Shown here: in pieces, positions 52,388 to 61,880 of the stretch
Layout: each line of letters begins with the position of its first letter
How positions within the stretch are numbered: the stretch's first letter is position 1
DNA from: a bacterium
GTDB lineage: Bacteria; RBG-13-61-14; DATKZS01
Assembly: GCA_963674965.2 (NCBI GenBank)
Contig: CAXXFL010000007.1
Location: forward strand, 672,001 to 736,000
Reading direction: 5' to 3'
DNA length: 64,000 nucleotides
The notes under the pieces: model-generated
What the model saw: only the letters and a program-made list of their open reading frames with translations
Told to the model about the DNA's origin: nothing
Database searches by the model: none
Made by a program: the position numbers and the translations under genes

Positions 52388-53416
52388 TTATTTTTCATCC
52401 TCGGCGAGCTTCTCCAGTTTCCTTATCCTCTTGAACAGGTCGGGAAGCCCCTTGAGGCGGCCGTAAACTCTTTTGGCCAGAGAGAACTCCATGGCCGGAT
52501 ACCCCATCACCCTGGCGCCGGGGGCCACGTCCTCATGCACGCCCGAGCCTCCGATCACCAGCGCCCCCGCGCCGATGGTAACGTTGTCGCTGATGGTGCA
52601 GTTCCCGGAGATGATGCAATTGTCGCCGATCACCGTGCTGCCGCCGCAGGTGGTCGAGGCCAGGATGACGCAGTTCTTTCCCACCCTCACGTTGTGGGCC
52701 AGGTGAACCAGGTTGTCGATCTTGGTCCCGTCGCCCACAACGGTCGAGTCAAGCATGGCCCTGTCAACGGTACAGTTCGCGCCGATCTCGACCCGGTCGC
52801 CTATCACGACGCCTCCCACTTGCGGCTTTTTAAGGTGACCCTCCCCCGAGAGTATATAGCCGAAGCCGTCCGCTCCGATGACCGTGCCCGAGTGGATCAC
52901 GGTGGCGCTTCCGATTTTCACGCCTTTATACAAGGTGACCGAGGCGTGGACGACGCAGTCCGGGCCGATCTCGACGTCTCGGCCCAATATGCATCCGGCT
53001 CCCACCCGGGTCCGGTCGCCCACCCTGGCGCCGGACTCGATCACGGCGGCCGGGCCAATGGAGACGTCGGCGCCAAGCCGGACGTCCTCGGCGACCTGGG
53101 CGGAGGGATGAACGCCGGGCTCCGGCTTTTCCTCCGGATGGAACCAGCCCATCAGCTTGACGAAGGAGGCGTAGGGATCGGACACGATGATTTGGGGAAC
53201 GTCCTTTTCAAGGGGAACGCTAAGGATGATGGCGCCGGCCCGGCTTGCAAGGGCCGCCTCCTTGAATTTGGGACCGCCCAGAAAGCCGATCGACTCCGGG
53301 TCCGCCATCTCGAGGGAGGAAACCCGGCTGATGGAAACCTCGCCGTCGCCTCGAAGGCTTCCCTCCACCATCAGGGCTATCTCGGAGGTCTTGATCGATC
53401 TCTTGTCCGCCGCCAT
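52388..53416 (-). CDS. lpxD: UDP-3-O-acylglucosamine N-acyltransferase
   Basis: Hexapeptide repeats with GADGFGY, EIGANCTVDR and KIDNLVHLAHNV. Confidence 0.93.
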   Translation of the reverse strand: MAADKRSIKTSEIALMVEGSLRGDGEVSISRVSSLEMADPESIGFLGGPKFKEAALASRAGAIILSVPLEKDVPQIIVSDPYASFVKLMGWFHPEEKPEPGVHPSAQVAEDVRLGADVSIGPAAVIESGARVGDRTRVGAGCILGRDVEIGPDCVVHASVTLYKGVKIGSATVIHSGTVIGADGFGYILSGEGHLKKPQVGGVVIGDRVEIGANCTVDRAMLDSTVVGDGTKIDNLVHLAHNVRVGKNCVILASTTCGGSTVIGDNCIISGNCTISDNVTIGAGALVIGGSGVHEDVAPGARVMGYPAMEFSLAKRVYGRLKGLPDLFKRIRKLEKLAEDEK

Positions 53417-53477
53417 GAAAATCACCGTCCTTCCCCAACCGTTTTACGGGCGGCCCCAGCCTCGCCGTCTTGACTCG

Positions 53478-53906
53478 TCAGAACTGCCTCTCCGCGCTCG
53501 CCGGGTCCTTTTCCTTTTTATCCAGCCAGTATGTCTCGGCCTCGCGGTCTATCCTCACCCCGAGGGGGTCCTTGCCCAGGACCCTGATCATGACGCCGAC
53601 GGGAGCGAACACGATTAAAAATACCGCCACCAGAGATACCTGGAGCGCGAGCCAGGCCGCAGTTTTGACGACCTTCTCGATGATCCAGGCCGGCGGATAG
53701 AGGATTTTGGGAAGGGCCAGAGCCAGGCCCCACAAACAGGCCGAGAACAAGGCCAGATTCTCCATGCGCTCCATGTCGCCCCGAAAGGCAGCGATGACGC
53801 CGAGAAAGGCCATGGCCGCGCCCAGCCCGAACCCGAGCCGTTGTCCCTGCTCTCGGGCCTCCGGGTTTTTCCACCAACTCTTTATGGAGGTAGTAATATC
53901 CACCAA
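53478..53906 (-). CDS. SxtJ-family membrane protein
   Basis: FG, VF.PVG...R.LGKDPL and TYW..K...ERQF C-terminus. Confidence 0.7.
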   Translation of the reverse strand: MVDITTSIKSWWKNPEAREQGQRLGFGLGAAMAFLGVIAAFRGDMERMENLALFSACLWGLALALPKILYPPAWIIEKVVKTAAWLALQVSLVAVFLIVFAPVGVMIRVLGKDPLGVRIDREAETYWLDKKEKDPASAERQF

Positions 53907-53918
53907 ACCTTACGTCCT

Positions 53919-56900
53919 CTATTGTTTTCCCGCCAGCCTGGCCATGGCCATCTGGGCGCTTTCCTTGACCTTGGTTTCCTTTTCCTTGGAAAAGGGCGCG
54001 ATGGACTTTTTGGCCTTGCCCGAGCCGATCTTGCCCAGGGCGTCGATGATGTTGGATTTCATTCTGGGCGACCGATAGGATTTGACGGTTTTAAGCCTGC
54101 TTAAAAGTCCTTTGCCGGCCTCGGCCTCGAGGACCGCGATAAGGGCGTCCTCCACGGCCCCCCGCGAGGCAAGGACGCGGTTGCCGGCCTTGGCCACCAC
54201 CTCGCAGGCGGCCGTGATCACGCCGTCATCCTCGGCGGTGGGCTCGCTCTCGGGAGGCGTCTCGATAAGCTCGACCACTTTGGACAGGGTCTCGTCGCCG
54301 ATCTTGGGGAATCGGCCCAGGATGCGAAGGGCCCTTCTCCTGGCCGAGACGTCGCCGTCGGAAAGGGCCCGAAGCAGGTAGGGCTCCGCCCCGACGCCGA
54401 AGGCCTTTACGGAATAGACCAGAATCTCCTCCCTTACCCTCGGGTGCTCGTGGGTCATGTAAGTTTCCATGCTCTCCCGCAGGGCCGGGGCCTTCATCTC
54501 GCCGAGGACCATGATAAGGTTCCGGACCAGATACCAAGGCGCGGACTCGGCCGTGATTTTCTTCACGATAATGGGCGCGGCCTTGTCGCCCATGCGGGTC
54601 AGAATCTCGCAGACAAGCCGGCGCAGGCTCCTGTCCTCGGCCTCCCCCAAAAGGTCTATGAGGGGACCGGCCGCCGCCGCTCCCGCCGCGTAGATGATGG
54701 CCGCAACCCTGTCGCGGGTCCCCTTTTCCGCCTTTTCCAGGGCCTTGGCCAGCCTTTGGAGAGACCGGGGACGGGCCAGTATGGTCATGGCCTGCCTGGC
54801 GTGATGGGACCGCTGAGGAAAGATGGCGTCCTTGGTCTTGACGTGCTCGATCATGGTCCTAAACACCAGGTCGGCCGCGTCGATCTCTCCCCTCGCCGCC
54901 AGCTCGACCACTATCCTCACGTAGCGCTCCGCGGCTATGCGATAGTCTTTTTCCGTCTGGATGTTCGAGAAGTCCGACAACCTGCGCTCGGGGTCCTGGA
55001 GGAAGAAGTCCACGAACTGCTCGAGCATGACCTGGGCCCTCAGCTCGGGCGTAAGCTCGTCGAGCGTGAATACGCTCTTTCTGTAGAGGCCGATCATGAT
55101 GGAGGAGGCCGCCTCGGGCTCCTCCACCGTCAGGCGCGCGATGACCTGCCGGAGAACCTTGCTCAGTCTCGCCAGGCTTTCCTTTTGCCCCTCCTGCCCC
55201 GCCTGGACCTGGGCAAAGGTCGCCTCGAAGGTTTCCGCCAGGTATGACGCCGCCCGGTTCAGCATGGCAACGGGCGTGGCCATGACTATCTCCTGGATAA
55301 GGTCGCTCTCCGAGACCAGGTCCTGGCCCGCCACGATAAGGTCGGCCCGCAGGAGGACCTCGGCCCGCAGGAGGCCGTCCTGTATGGCCTTGAGCGCGTC
55401 CTCCACCCGCAGCGTCAGGAGGGCCATCGGGTCCTCGGAGATGGCCTCGGCCACGATGTTCAGCCTTTTGACGTCGCCCCGCAGACGGGCAAGAGACAAA
55501 TCCACCCGGAAATCCATGGTCTTGCCGCTCTTGATCCGGTCCGACTCATGGACCGGAGTGGCGTGGAATACCCCCTCCCGAAGAAGGCCGGAAGCCAGTT
55601 CCTCGGGGGTTTCCTTGCCCGGATTGAAACGGCCAAGCCTGACGATGAACTGGCGGAAGGCGTCCTCCGACAGGAAGCGGCGGAACTGGAGGCCAACGAG
55701 GCTCTTGTCCTCGAAAACCCCGACCAGCTTGACCGCCAGGGCGTCGAAACGGTCGGGCGGCATCTCGTTCTTGAGGTTGATCGGGCCCTCCACGTCCCCG
55801 TCCAGCATGTACTCCCGGACCGCTCCCGCGCTGCGAACGTATATTACTATCTCGTCCCGCCCCGCCATCACCGTCTTGAAGTCCTCGTAGAGAGCGCCCA
55901 GGATTTTATCGCCCTTGGGACCGTAGGCCTCCTCTGGAGTGACGATGAGCCGCAGCATCTTCTGGAGAAGATCGCTCAGCGCCACCAGGTCGTTGCCCGT
56001 GATCCTCTTGTCCAACTCGGACGCCTCTTCACCCGGGGCGGGGGTCTCATCGGCCTCCGTCTCCGGGCCGGGAGGGGCCTCCTCCTCGTCGGGAAACGGC
56101 GGTAGTTCGTCATCGATGGACGCTTCCTCGGCGGACGGCGGCTCGGGAGGAATTTCCTCGCCAAGGTCAGGCGGCTCGGACGGCCCCGGTATTTCCGGCG
56201 GCGCCTCCATCGCCGCTTCCGCCGGCTCTTCATCCAGGGTATCTGGAGGGGGAGCCTCCTCATCTTCCGGCTCCTCGGGCATGGAAGCAACCGGGGCTTC
56301 CTCCTCGTCTGGAAGGTCGGGAGGCAGGTCGTCTTCCACTATGCCCGGAGCTTCCGCCTCCATCTCCGCTTCCATGTCCGCCTGCACGTCGAGCGACGTG
56401 TCGGCCATGGCCGTGCTTTCGTCGGGCGGCGCGGGTTTCGAGTCGAGGGCGGAGCCGAAATTGAAGTCCAGGCCCTCGTCCGATCCATCGCCGAATTCGA
56501 GGGGAGGCGCGGGTGGAGGCGAATAGTCCTCGGCCAGCGGCGGGATATCATCTTCATCGTGATCGAGGTCGGGAAGCTCGTCCTCCTTCTCCAGGCCGTC
56601 TTCTTCCCCCGAGGGATCGGGAGGCGAGGAAGGCTCGTCCAAAAGGCCGTCCATCGCGTCTTCTTCAGCGGAAAGGCCGTCGGAGGAAATCTCCGCCTTT
56701 GATTCTTCCTCCTCGTCGCCCATGGCAATTTCCAGGCCCTCGAGTTTCTCGTCGATTAGGGCGGCGCCGTCTTCCAGGTCGGGGGCCTCAATATCCTCGG
56801 TCCCCCCCTCGAGGCCGGCCTCATCCGAGGACGGCTCCACCCCGCCCGGCTCGGCCGGGGGCTCGGCGCTTAGCTCATCGTCCGGGGGAGGAGCGGGCTC

Positions 56901-57407
56901 GACCAAAGGCTCGTCCGGCGGCTCGTCGGGAAGCTCGATCTCGATGTCGTCCAGAAAATCCTCGGTTTCCTCTTTTTTCTCCGGCTTGGATGGCGGAGGC
57001 GGAGGTGGCGGAGGTGGAGGAGGTGGAGGTGGCGGAGGCGAGACTTTTTTGGGCTTTGCGGCCTCTTCCTCCTCCTGGGCGGCCGTGTCCTCGCCCTTGA
57101 TCGATACTATCAGTTTGGACAGTCGTTTCTGAGTAAAATTCAGCCACCTGACGCCATAGGTATTGGAAGCCCCGCCTTCCCCGGTACTTACAAGTTGAAT
57201 AACCTCGGCCACGATCTCGACCGGCTTGACCCGCTCGGGTATGCCAAAGGCCAGGATAATCCTGTCGCCCTCCTTTAAGTCTTTTTTCGACTTAAGGGTC
57301 ATCCTGCCCTTGGAAAAGGTCGTCCTCGCCGCCTTGGCGAAGGCGTCTATGCTTTTGTACTTAAGGGCAATTTTTGTAAAATCAGGTTTACTCTCGGCGG
57401 CGGCCAT
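53919..57407 (-). CDS. PilZ-like domain + poly-Pro/acidic linker + HEAT-repeat protein
   Basis: N-terminal myxobacterial PilZ-like barrel pattern, 16 consecutive Pro, long D/E/P-rich region, WYLVRN and HPRVREE HEAT repeats. Confidence 0.7.
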   Translation of the reverse strand: MAAAESKPDFTKIALKYKSIDAFAKAARTTFSKGRMTLKSKKDLKEGDRIILAFGIPERVKPVEIVAEVIQLVSTGEGGASNTYGVRWLNFTQKRLSKLIVSIKGEDTAAQEEEEAAKPKKVSPPPPPPPPPPPPPPPPSKPEKKEETEDFLDDIEIELPDEPPDEPLVEPAPPPDDELSAEPPAEPGGVEPSSDEAGLEGGTEDIEAPDLEDGAALIDEKLEGLEIAMGDEEEESKAEISSDGLSAEEDAMDGLLDEPSSPPDPSGEEDGLEKEDELPDLDHDEDDIPPLAEDYSPPPAPPLEFGDGSDEGLDFNFGSALDSKPAPPDESTAMADTSLDVQADMEAEMEAEAPGIVEDDLPPDLPDEEEAPVASMPEEPEDEEAPPPDTLDEEPAEAAMEAPPEIPGPSEPPDLGEEIPPEPPSAEEASIDDELPPFPDEEEAPPGPETEADETPAPGEEASELDKRITGNDLVALSDLLQKMLRLIVTPEEAYGPKGDKILGALYEDFKTVMAGRDEIVIYVRSAGAVREYMLDGDVEGPINLKNEMPPDRFDALAVKLVGVFEDKSLVGLQFRRFLSEDAFRQFIVRLGRFNPGKETPEELASGLLREGVFHATPVHESDRIKSGKTMDFRVDLSLARLRGDVKRLNIVAEAISEDPMALLTLRVEDALKAIQDGLLRAEVLLRADLIVAGQDLVSESDLIQEIVMATPVAMLNRAASYLAETFEATFAQVQAGQEGQKESLARLSKVLRQVIARLTVEEPEAASSIMIGLYRKSVFTLDELTPELRAQVMLEQFVDFFLQDPERRLSDFSNIQTEKDYRIAAERYVRIVVELAARGEIDAADLVFRTMIEHVKTKDAIFPQRSHHARQAMTILARPRSLQRLAKALEKAEKGTRDRVAAIIYAAGAAAAGPLIDLLGEAEDRSLRRLVCEILTRMGDKAAPIIVKKITAESAPWYLVRNLIMVLGEMKAPALRESMETYMTHEHPRVREEILVYSVKAFGVGAEPYLLRALSDGDVSARRRALRILGRFPKIGDETLSKVVELIETPPESEPTAEDDGVITAACEVVAKAGNRVLASRGAVEDALIAVLEAEAGKGLLSRLKTVKSYRSPRMKSNIIDALGKIGSGKAKKSIAPFSKEKETKVKESAQMAMARLAGKQ

Positions 57408-57637
57408 TTTCCTACCTCATAATCACAATCTTTAATTATATCTTATTATTTCGGGCTTTAACAAATTGAAAAGTCAAAGTCAGCGCGGCCTTGGTCGTCA
57501 AGGGTAAAGCCCAAAGCCGAAAAGTCAAGCTTCAAGGCTTATTATGGACTTCCCCCATTTTGAAAAACTTGAGACGTACGGCTCGTGGCGGTCTGTAAAC
57601 AAATCGAGGGCCAAAGCCTGAAGGGCTTTAAATATGA

Positions 57638-57808
57638 ATAGCCGTAGGCGCCAGCCTACGGGAGGCGTGGCCGGCAATTTCTTCCCCGTCCCCGAAGGGT
57701 GCTTACCTTGCCGGGCGTAGGAAATACACGTCGCCGAGGGTCCGGCCCGTTCAGTGCCGAAGAATCTTTTAATAGCCATCCTTTCCTTAGGCTCTGGCCT
57801 ACGGCTAC
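57638..57808. repeat. Inverted GTAG-type REP doublet (REPIN-like)
   Basis: ATAG-CCGTAGGC-GCCA-GCCTACGG (57638-57661) and inverted GTAG-CCGTAGGC-CAGA-GCCTAAGG (57808-57785). Pairing extends about 35 bp. Confidence 0.7.
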
Positions 57809-58015
57809 TCAAATTCCCCCCCTTCGGGGGAGGACGGTCGCTTCCGTTTCAGCGGCGTCGGCGGCCGGTCGCGCGAGGAGAGAAGCGAGGATCGATTTTC
57901 ACTTCGCTCGACGGACAACTTGCCGATGCAAAAAGGAACCAAGAGTGAATCGGTCAGAATTGGGGGAAGTTCCTTATGTAGTCATAACGCCGGAAATAGA
58001 GTTTTCGTCCGTACA

Positions 58016-59155
58016 CTACCCTCCCGCGGCGGCGTTTTCCTTCAGCATCTCGGCGAAGGCCTCGACCCTCGTCTTGACCGGCTCGAGGCTGGCCACTCGG
58101 AAGTCGGTCTCGATCACGAGCATGGGTATGCCCTTTTTATCGAGTTCCTCCTTGATCCCCGGATAATCGATCTCCGCGATCTCGCAGAACTTCTGGACCA
58201 GGAAAATGGCGCCGTCGGCTTTAAGCTCCTCCACCCTCCGGATAAGGTAGGAGGCCCGGTTGTCGTTCTCATCCCAAATGCCGGAGAAGGGAAGGGAGCA
58301 AAGCTGCCTTTTGACCAGGGCGGTCCAGGGGTTTTCATCCTCGGCGACGCTTCTTTCCACCCATCTTCCTCCAATCACGAGGTGATCCTCGATAATGGAG
58401 ACGTCGGATTTCTCGATTATGCCTATAAGCTCGGCCGGCTCGGGTATCTTTCCCGCCACCACCACGCGCGGGCCGCCGTTCGCCTTTGCTTGTCCGATGC
58501 CATCCACGGCCTGGGACAGCATCTCCAGGCTTTTCTCGGGGGGAAGCACCATGGCTGCCCTGACCAGGTCGAAGTACTCGCTGGGAGTGATTCCATCCTT
58601 GCCCTGCCTTAGAGCGTCCCGCGCCTTTTGCAGGGCTGACCTTACCTGGTTGTACAGCTTGACGCTGTTGGATAGTATCTCGTCCGTGATCTGGACACCG
58701 GTGTATTTCGAGAGCGAGGCCGCGAGCCTTTCCAACTCCTTGAGATAATATTTCTCCACGCCGTCGGCGTTTACCCTTCTGGGGATTCGGAGGCAGTCGT
58801 AATACTCGATACTGTCCATGAACTTGAAAATAAGGTCCATGCACCTGGTGGTGTCGCACGCGTAGGGGATAATGACGCCGTCGATGAAATCGAGCTCGCC
58901 TCCCTCGGCCAGCTCGACAACTCCCCTCGAGTAGGAACAGGCGAACCCCTGCATGTGCTTGTCGGCCAGGTTAAAGGCGACTTCCTTGCCCAGGAGAGTC
59001 ACCGGGATGGCCCCCGCCGCGTGCACGAGCTCGGGCGGAACGTCGGTCAGAACGAGACCTATGGCCTTTTTGCCGCTCTCGTTCTTTATTGCCTTGATAG
59101 AGTCCTCGGGCTTTCGCCAGGCGGACCTTATTTGCTCCTTCAGACCTTCTTTCAC
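58016..59155 (-). CDS. 2-hydroxyacyl-CoA dehydratase subunit (HgdB/FldC-like)
   Basis: VPPELVHAAG, FACSY, ACD, QKFCE and TRVEAFAEML motifs. GGAGGT RBS. Confidence 0.88.
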   Translation of the reverse strand: MKEGLKEQIRSAWRKPEDSIKAIKNESGKKAIGLVLTDVPPELVHAAGAIPVTLLGKEVAFNLADKHMQGFACSYSRGVVELAEGGELDFIDGVIIPYACDTTRCMDLIFKFMDSIEYYDCLRIPRRVNADGVEKYYLKELERLAASLSKYTGVQITDEILSNSVKLYNQVRSALQKARDALRQGKDGITPSEYFDLVRAAMVLPPEKSLEMLSQAVDGIGQAKANGGPRVVVAGKIPEPAELIGIIEKSDVSIIEDHLVIGGRWVERSVAEDENPWTALVKRQLCSLPFSGIWDENDNRASYLIRRVEELKADGAIFLVQKFCEIAEIDYPGIKEELDKKGIPMLVIETDFRVASLEPVKTRVEAFAEMLKENAAAGG

Positions 59156-59176
59156 TTAATACCTCCCATTCGAGAA

Positions 59177-60070
59177 TTATGTAAACTTCACCGGCCATTT
59201 CGGCTCGAGGACCTCGGCCACGGCCGCTCCCTTCAAGGTTTTTCCCCCCATCTCGATCTCTTCGAGACGGAGGTTTCCGAACTTGGCGCCCACGTATACC
59301 TTTCCCGACTCCGCGCAGAACTCTCCCGACGTAAGCAGGCATGGCGCCGAGTCGTCGGGCACGGCCCACCATATTTTGACTTTTTCTTCGCCCAGGCTCG
59401 AGGACGCCCCCAAAAGGGGCCTGGTCAAGGCCCTCACCAGGTTATACGCGTCCCATGAGCTTGCTTTCCAGTCGATAAAGGACGATCCCTCATCCACCGG
59501 CCCCAGCGTCGCGTCCGGGTTTATGGCGAAATCTTCGGCGCCTTCCTGGTGGCCGCCAAGAAGGCTCGCCTCCTCGAGCAGGGGCAGGGTCGCGTCGGCC
59601 AGCTTTTTGTAAAGCCTGGCCGTCGCGTCGTCTTTGCCTATCCATATCGAGTTGGCCCCCATCACGCGGGCGGAGCCGTCCAGCTGATATTGGAAGAGGG
59701 TCACGCCCGTCTTTCTTTCGCCCTTGATGATGGTCCAGGGCACGGAGTCGCGCCCGAAGAATTCGGGTTTTATCGCCGGATGAGCCACGAAGAAACCATC
59801 CCCCGCGGCCTCGGCCATTTCCCTCGATACGACCTCGGGGAAATCCAGGGCGAAGACCATTTCCGAGCCGGACACGAGACCCCCGGCGTCGGCTGGGGCC
59901 ATGGACGGCGAAGACTCGGCCTCGATCCCCTTGCCGGAGCAGAATTCGAGCACGGGGACGAGATCGCCTTGCTCGCGAGTCACCACGAGCGAGACCTCTA
60001 TACCCCTTCGAAGAAGGGCCCTAAGGCCCGAGACGCCAACGTCGCCGTTGGCAAAAACAACGGTCTTCAA
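59177..60070 (-). CDS. Formyltransferase-fold protein (Fmt/ArnA-like), degenerate active site
   Basis: VPWTIIKGE.KTGVTL, IDW and NLVRALTRP..GA motifs. Confidence 0.7.
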   Translation of the reverse strand: MKTVVFANGDVGVSGLRALLRRGIEVSLVVTREQGDLVPVLEFCSGKGIEAESSPSMAPADAGGLVSGSEMVFALDFPEVVSREMAEAAGDGFFVAHPAIKPEFFGRDSVPWTIIKGERKTGVTLFQYQLDGSARVMGANSIWIGKDDATARLYKKLADATLPLLEEASLLGGHQEGAEDFAINPDATLGPVDEGSSFIDWKASSWDAYNLVRALTRPLLGASSSLGEEKVKIWWAVPDDSAPCLLTSGEFCAESGKVYVGAKFGNLRLEEIEMGGKTLKGAAVAEVLEPKWPVKFT

Positions 60071-60136
60071 ATTATTTTTTCCCTCGCCCTTTGCCAGGGC
60101 CTCAAAATAGCCGCGTCACGCGCGGCGTTACACCTT

Positions 60137-60559
60137 TCAACATTCCTTTTTACGGGTCCGCTCGCCGGGGGCCTTGGGTTTGTCCACGATGGTCTCGAAG
60201 CCCCTCTTGTTCCAGGCCGTCATTCCGCCCTTCAGCGAGAACGTGTCGCCCCCGAGATAATCGAGCATTCCCAGCGCCGCCAGGGACCTTATGCCCCGCT
60301 TGCAGACGAAAACGATCTTACCCTCGCGTCCCTTAATAAGTTCCGGCCCTTCTTGCCTGACTCGCTTAAGGGGAAGGAGTATGGCGCCGGGAATCCTTCC
60401 TTCCGTCCCCTCGTATTCATTTTTCGTTCTCACGTCAATGACGAGCGAGGTCTCGCCGGCCGCCATCCATCGGTGAAGTCCGTCAACGTCGACAACCTTG
60501 CGCCTCAGGGAGCGCAATCTTAGAAACCACGGCCATACCGACGATCCGGTTTTTTTCAC
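60137..60559 (-). CDS. Rhodanese-like domain protein
   Basis: IDVR..EY, IPGA, VCKRGIRS and LKGGMTAW motifs. Confidence 0.88.
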   Translation of the reverse strand: MKKTGSSVWPWFLRLRSLRRKVVDVDGLHRWMAAGETSLVIDVRTKNEYEGTEGRIPGAILLPLKRVRQEGPELIKGREGKIVFVCKRGIRSLAALGMLDYLGGDTFSLKGGMTAWNKRGFETIVDKPKAPGERTRKKEC

Positions 60560-61204
60560 GATAGGTCCTTTGGCCCCCGATCGGGCCTTTACGAATTATA
60601 GACCATTTTTCATGGCCGGTAAAAATCAAGTTGAGGACGGGGCAGCGAAAAACGGCGTGTCGTCCGGATGGCCCACCGGCCTCGGGATTTGATGGCGTTG
60701 GAAGAAAATCCCTTTGCCGACTCTCGGAGCCGATCTATTATCTTGCCGGCGCCGCCTTGGAAATCGTAAAGCGCGCTTATGGCGCGCGGAAAAAGAATCG
60801 ATTACCCGAGAAGTTTTGCAAGGGAACAAGCTGGACTTTCCACTTGGTTTGGGTCCGTCGAAACAAGGGAGATTATACCCCCACATGCACTGGATCCGGC
60901 AAAACCGCAGAATTTTCTTGCGGGCTAAGAGTGGAGCGTCTTGGGGATGGTCCCAAAAGGCCGCGTTGTTTTCCAATGTTCCCTTGTATTATAAGGGGCT
61001 ATTTTTTCTCGCGTTTTAAAAAAGATGATTATCCATTCGGTCAAAGGCGCGGCTTATTTTTCTAACCGTCCGGTATAATTATATTTTCCTCTTGAGAGGA
61101 ATTTAAAAAAAATATGCCAAGGGACTTGACAAGGTAATGTCCCTGTGTTAAATAGAATGTAAGAATCCGTATTGGATTCTCAAAAACTTTTAAGGAGGGA
61201 AACA

Positions 61205-61291
61205 ATGGAGTACACGACACCGACACTGAAAGAGCATGGAAAGCTGAAAACAACCGCCGCTGAGTCCACCACGGTAACCTACTACTGGTAA
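61205..61291 (+). CDS. RiPP precursor peptide, 28 aa (MEYTTPTLKEHGKLKTTAAESTTVTYYW), absent from the ORF track
   Basis: Strong SD TAAGGAGG at 61191-61198, YxxPxLxxxG RRE-binding leader motif, directly upstream of a PqqD/RRE gene. Confidence 0.85.
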   Translation: MEYTTPTLKEHGKLKTTAAESTTVTYYW

Positions 61292-61481
61292 TCGTAAGGT
61301 AGCGGCAAAAAACCGCAATGATCTGAACGGTAACTGAAAACTTATGATATAAGATCACCTTGATCGGCAGCTTGCGTTTGGACATTTATAAAAGGGATGG
61401 AGCGAGATAGTAATCCTAAACCACTCTAATCCCTTTTCTTGTCCATAAGACGGTTTTCGTTACACTAAGATCGACACCGCT

Positions 61482-61557
61482 TGAGGCAGGTTTCCTTGCC
61501 CGGCTTATAAAGCAGAGTCAAAACTCCGCTTTCAGGCTTGGCAAGGGGCCTGCTTCA
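61482..61557 (+). other. Long intergenic RNA hairpin between precursor and RRE genes
   Basis: TGAGGCAGGTTTCCTTGCC pairs with GGCAAGGGGCCTGCTTCA, continuing through GGCTT/AGGCT, AAAGC/GCTTT and GAGT/ACTC. Several G-U pairs favour the + strand. Confidence 0.6.
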
Positions 61558-61592
61558 TTCGGTTAAAACGACATGTATAACGGTATAATCCG

Positions 61593-61880
61593 ATGGAAAA
61601 ACAAGATATATTTCAAAAAGAAGACAGAATATCGTGGAAAAAAGTGGAGGATAACAAAAAGGTTATCATCCTTAACCTGGGCGATGGGGACTTCTTTTCG
61701 CTCGAGGACCAGGTAAGCATCATCATCTGGGAGCTATTGGTTGAAGGCAAGTCGGTCGGAGAAATACTCGAGAAACTGGCCCAGACTTTTTCGGGAGTAG
61801 AGGAAAAAAGACTCGAGGCCGACCTCGACGCTTTTCTCGAACGTCTGCTCGAAAAGAAGATCATCTGTAAAAGCGCTTGA
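61593..61880 (+). CDS. PqqD-family RiPP recognition element (lasso B1-like)
   Basis: 95 aa with IILNL..GDFFSL, IIWELL..GKSVGEI and DLDAFLERL...I motifs. Confidence 0.88.
   Translation: MEKQDIFQKEDRISWKKVEDNKKVIILNLGDGDFFSLEDQVSIIIWELLVEGKSVGEILEKLAQTFSGVEEKRLEADLDAFLERLLEKKIICKSA

Noticed and set aside
57565-57595. Group II intron domain V-like ACGTACGGCTC
   Set aside because: The complementary 5' arm with the catalytic triad is missing and there is no reverse transcriptase nearby.
57636-57810. 6S RNA, SRP RNA or riboswitch
   Set aside because: No 6S, SRP (GGAAGGAAGCAG) or c-di-GMP consensus motifs were recognised. The closing stem is explained by two inverted GTAG REPs.
61126-61158. Sigma70 promoter for the precursor (TTGACA at 61126-61131)
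   Set aside because: The -35 is perfect, but the best -10 (TAGAAT) lies 21 bp away, so it is not called as a feature.
61205-61291. Canonical lasso peptide
   Set aside because: The core is too short and has no Asp/Glu at positions 7-9, and no cyclase is in the window. Kept instead as a non-lasso RiPP candidate.
61397-61429. Second mini-ORF MERDSNPKPL
   Set aside because: No leader motif, poor RBS spacing, and it lies inside a hairpin.
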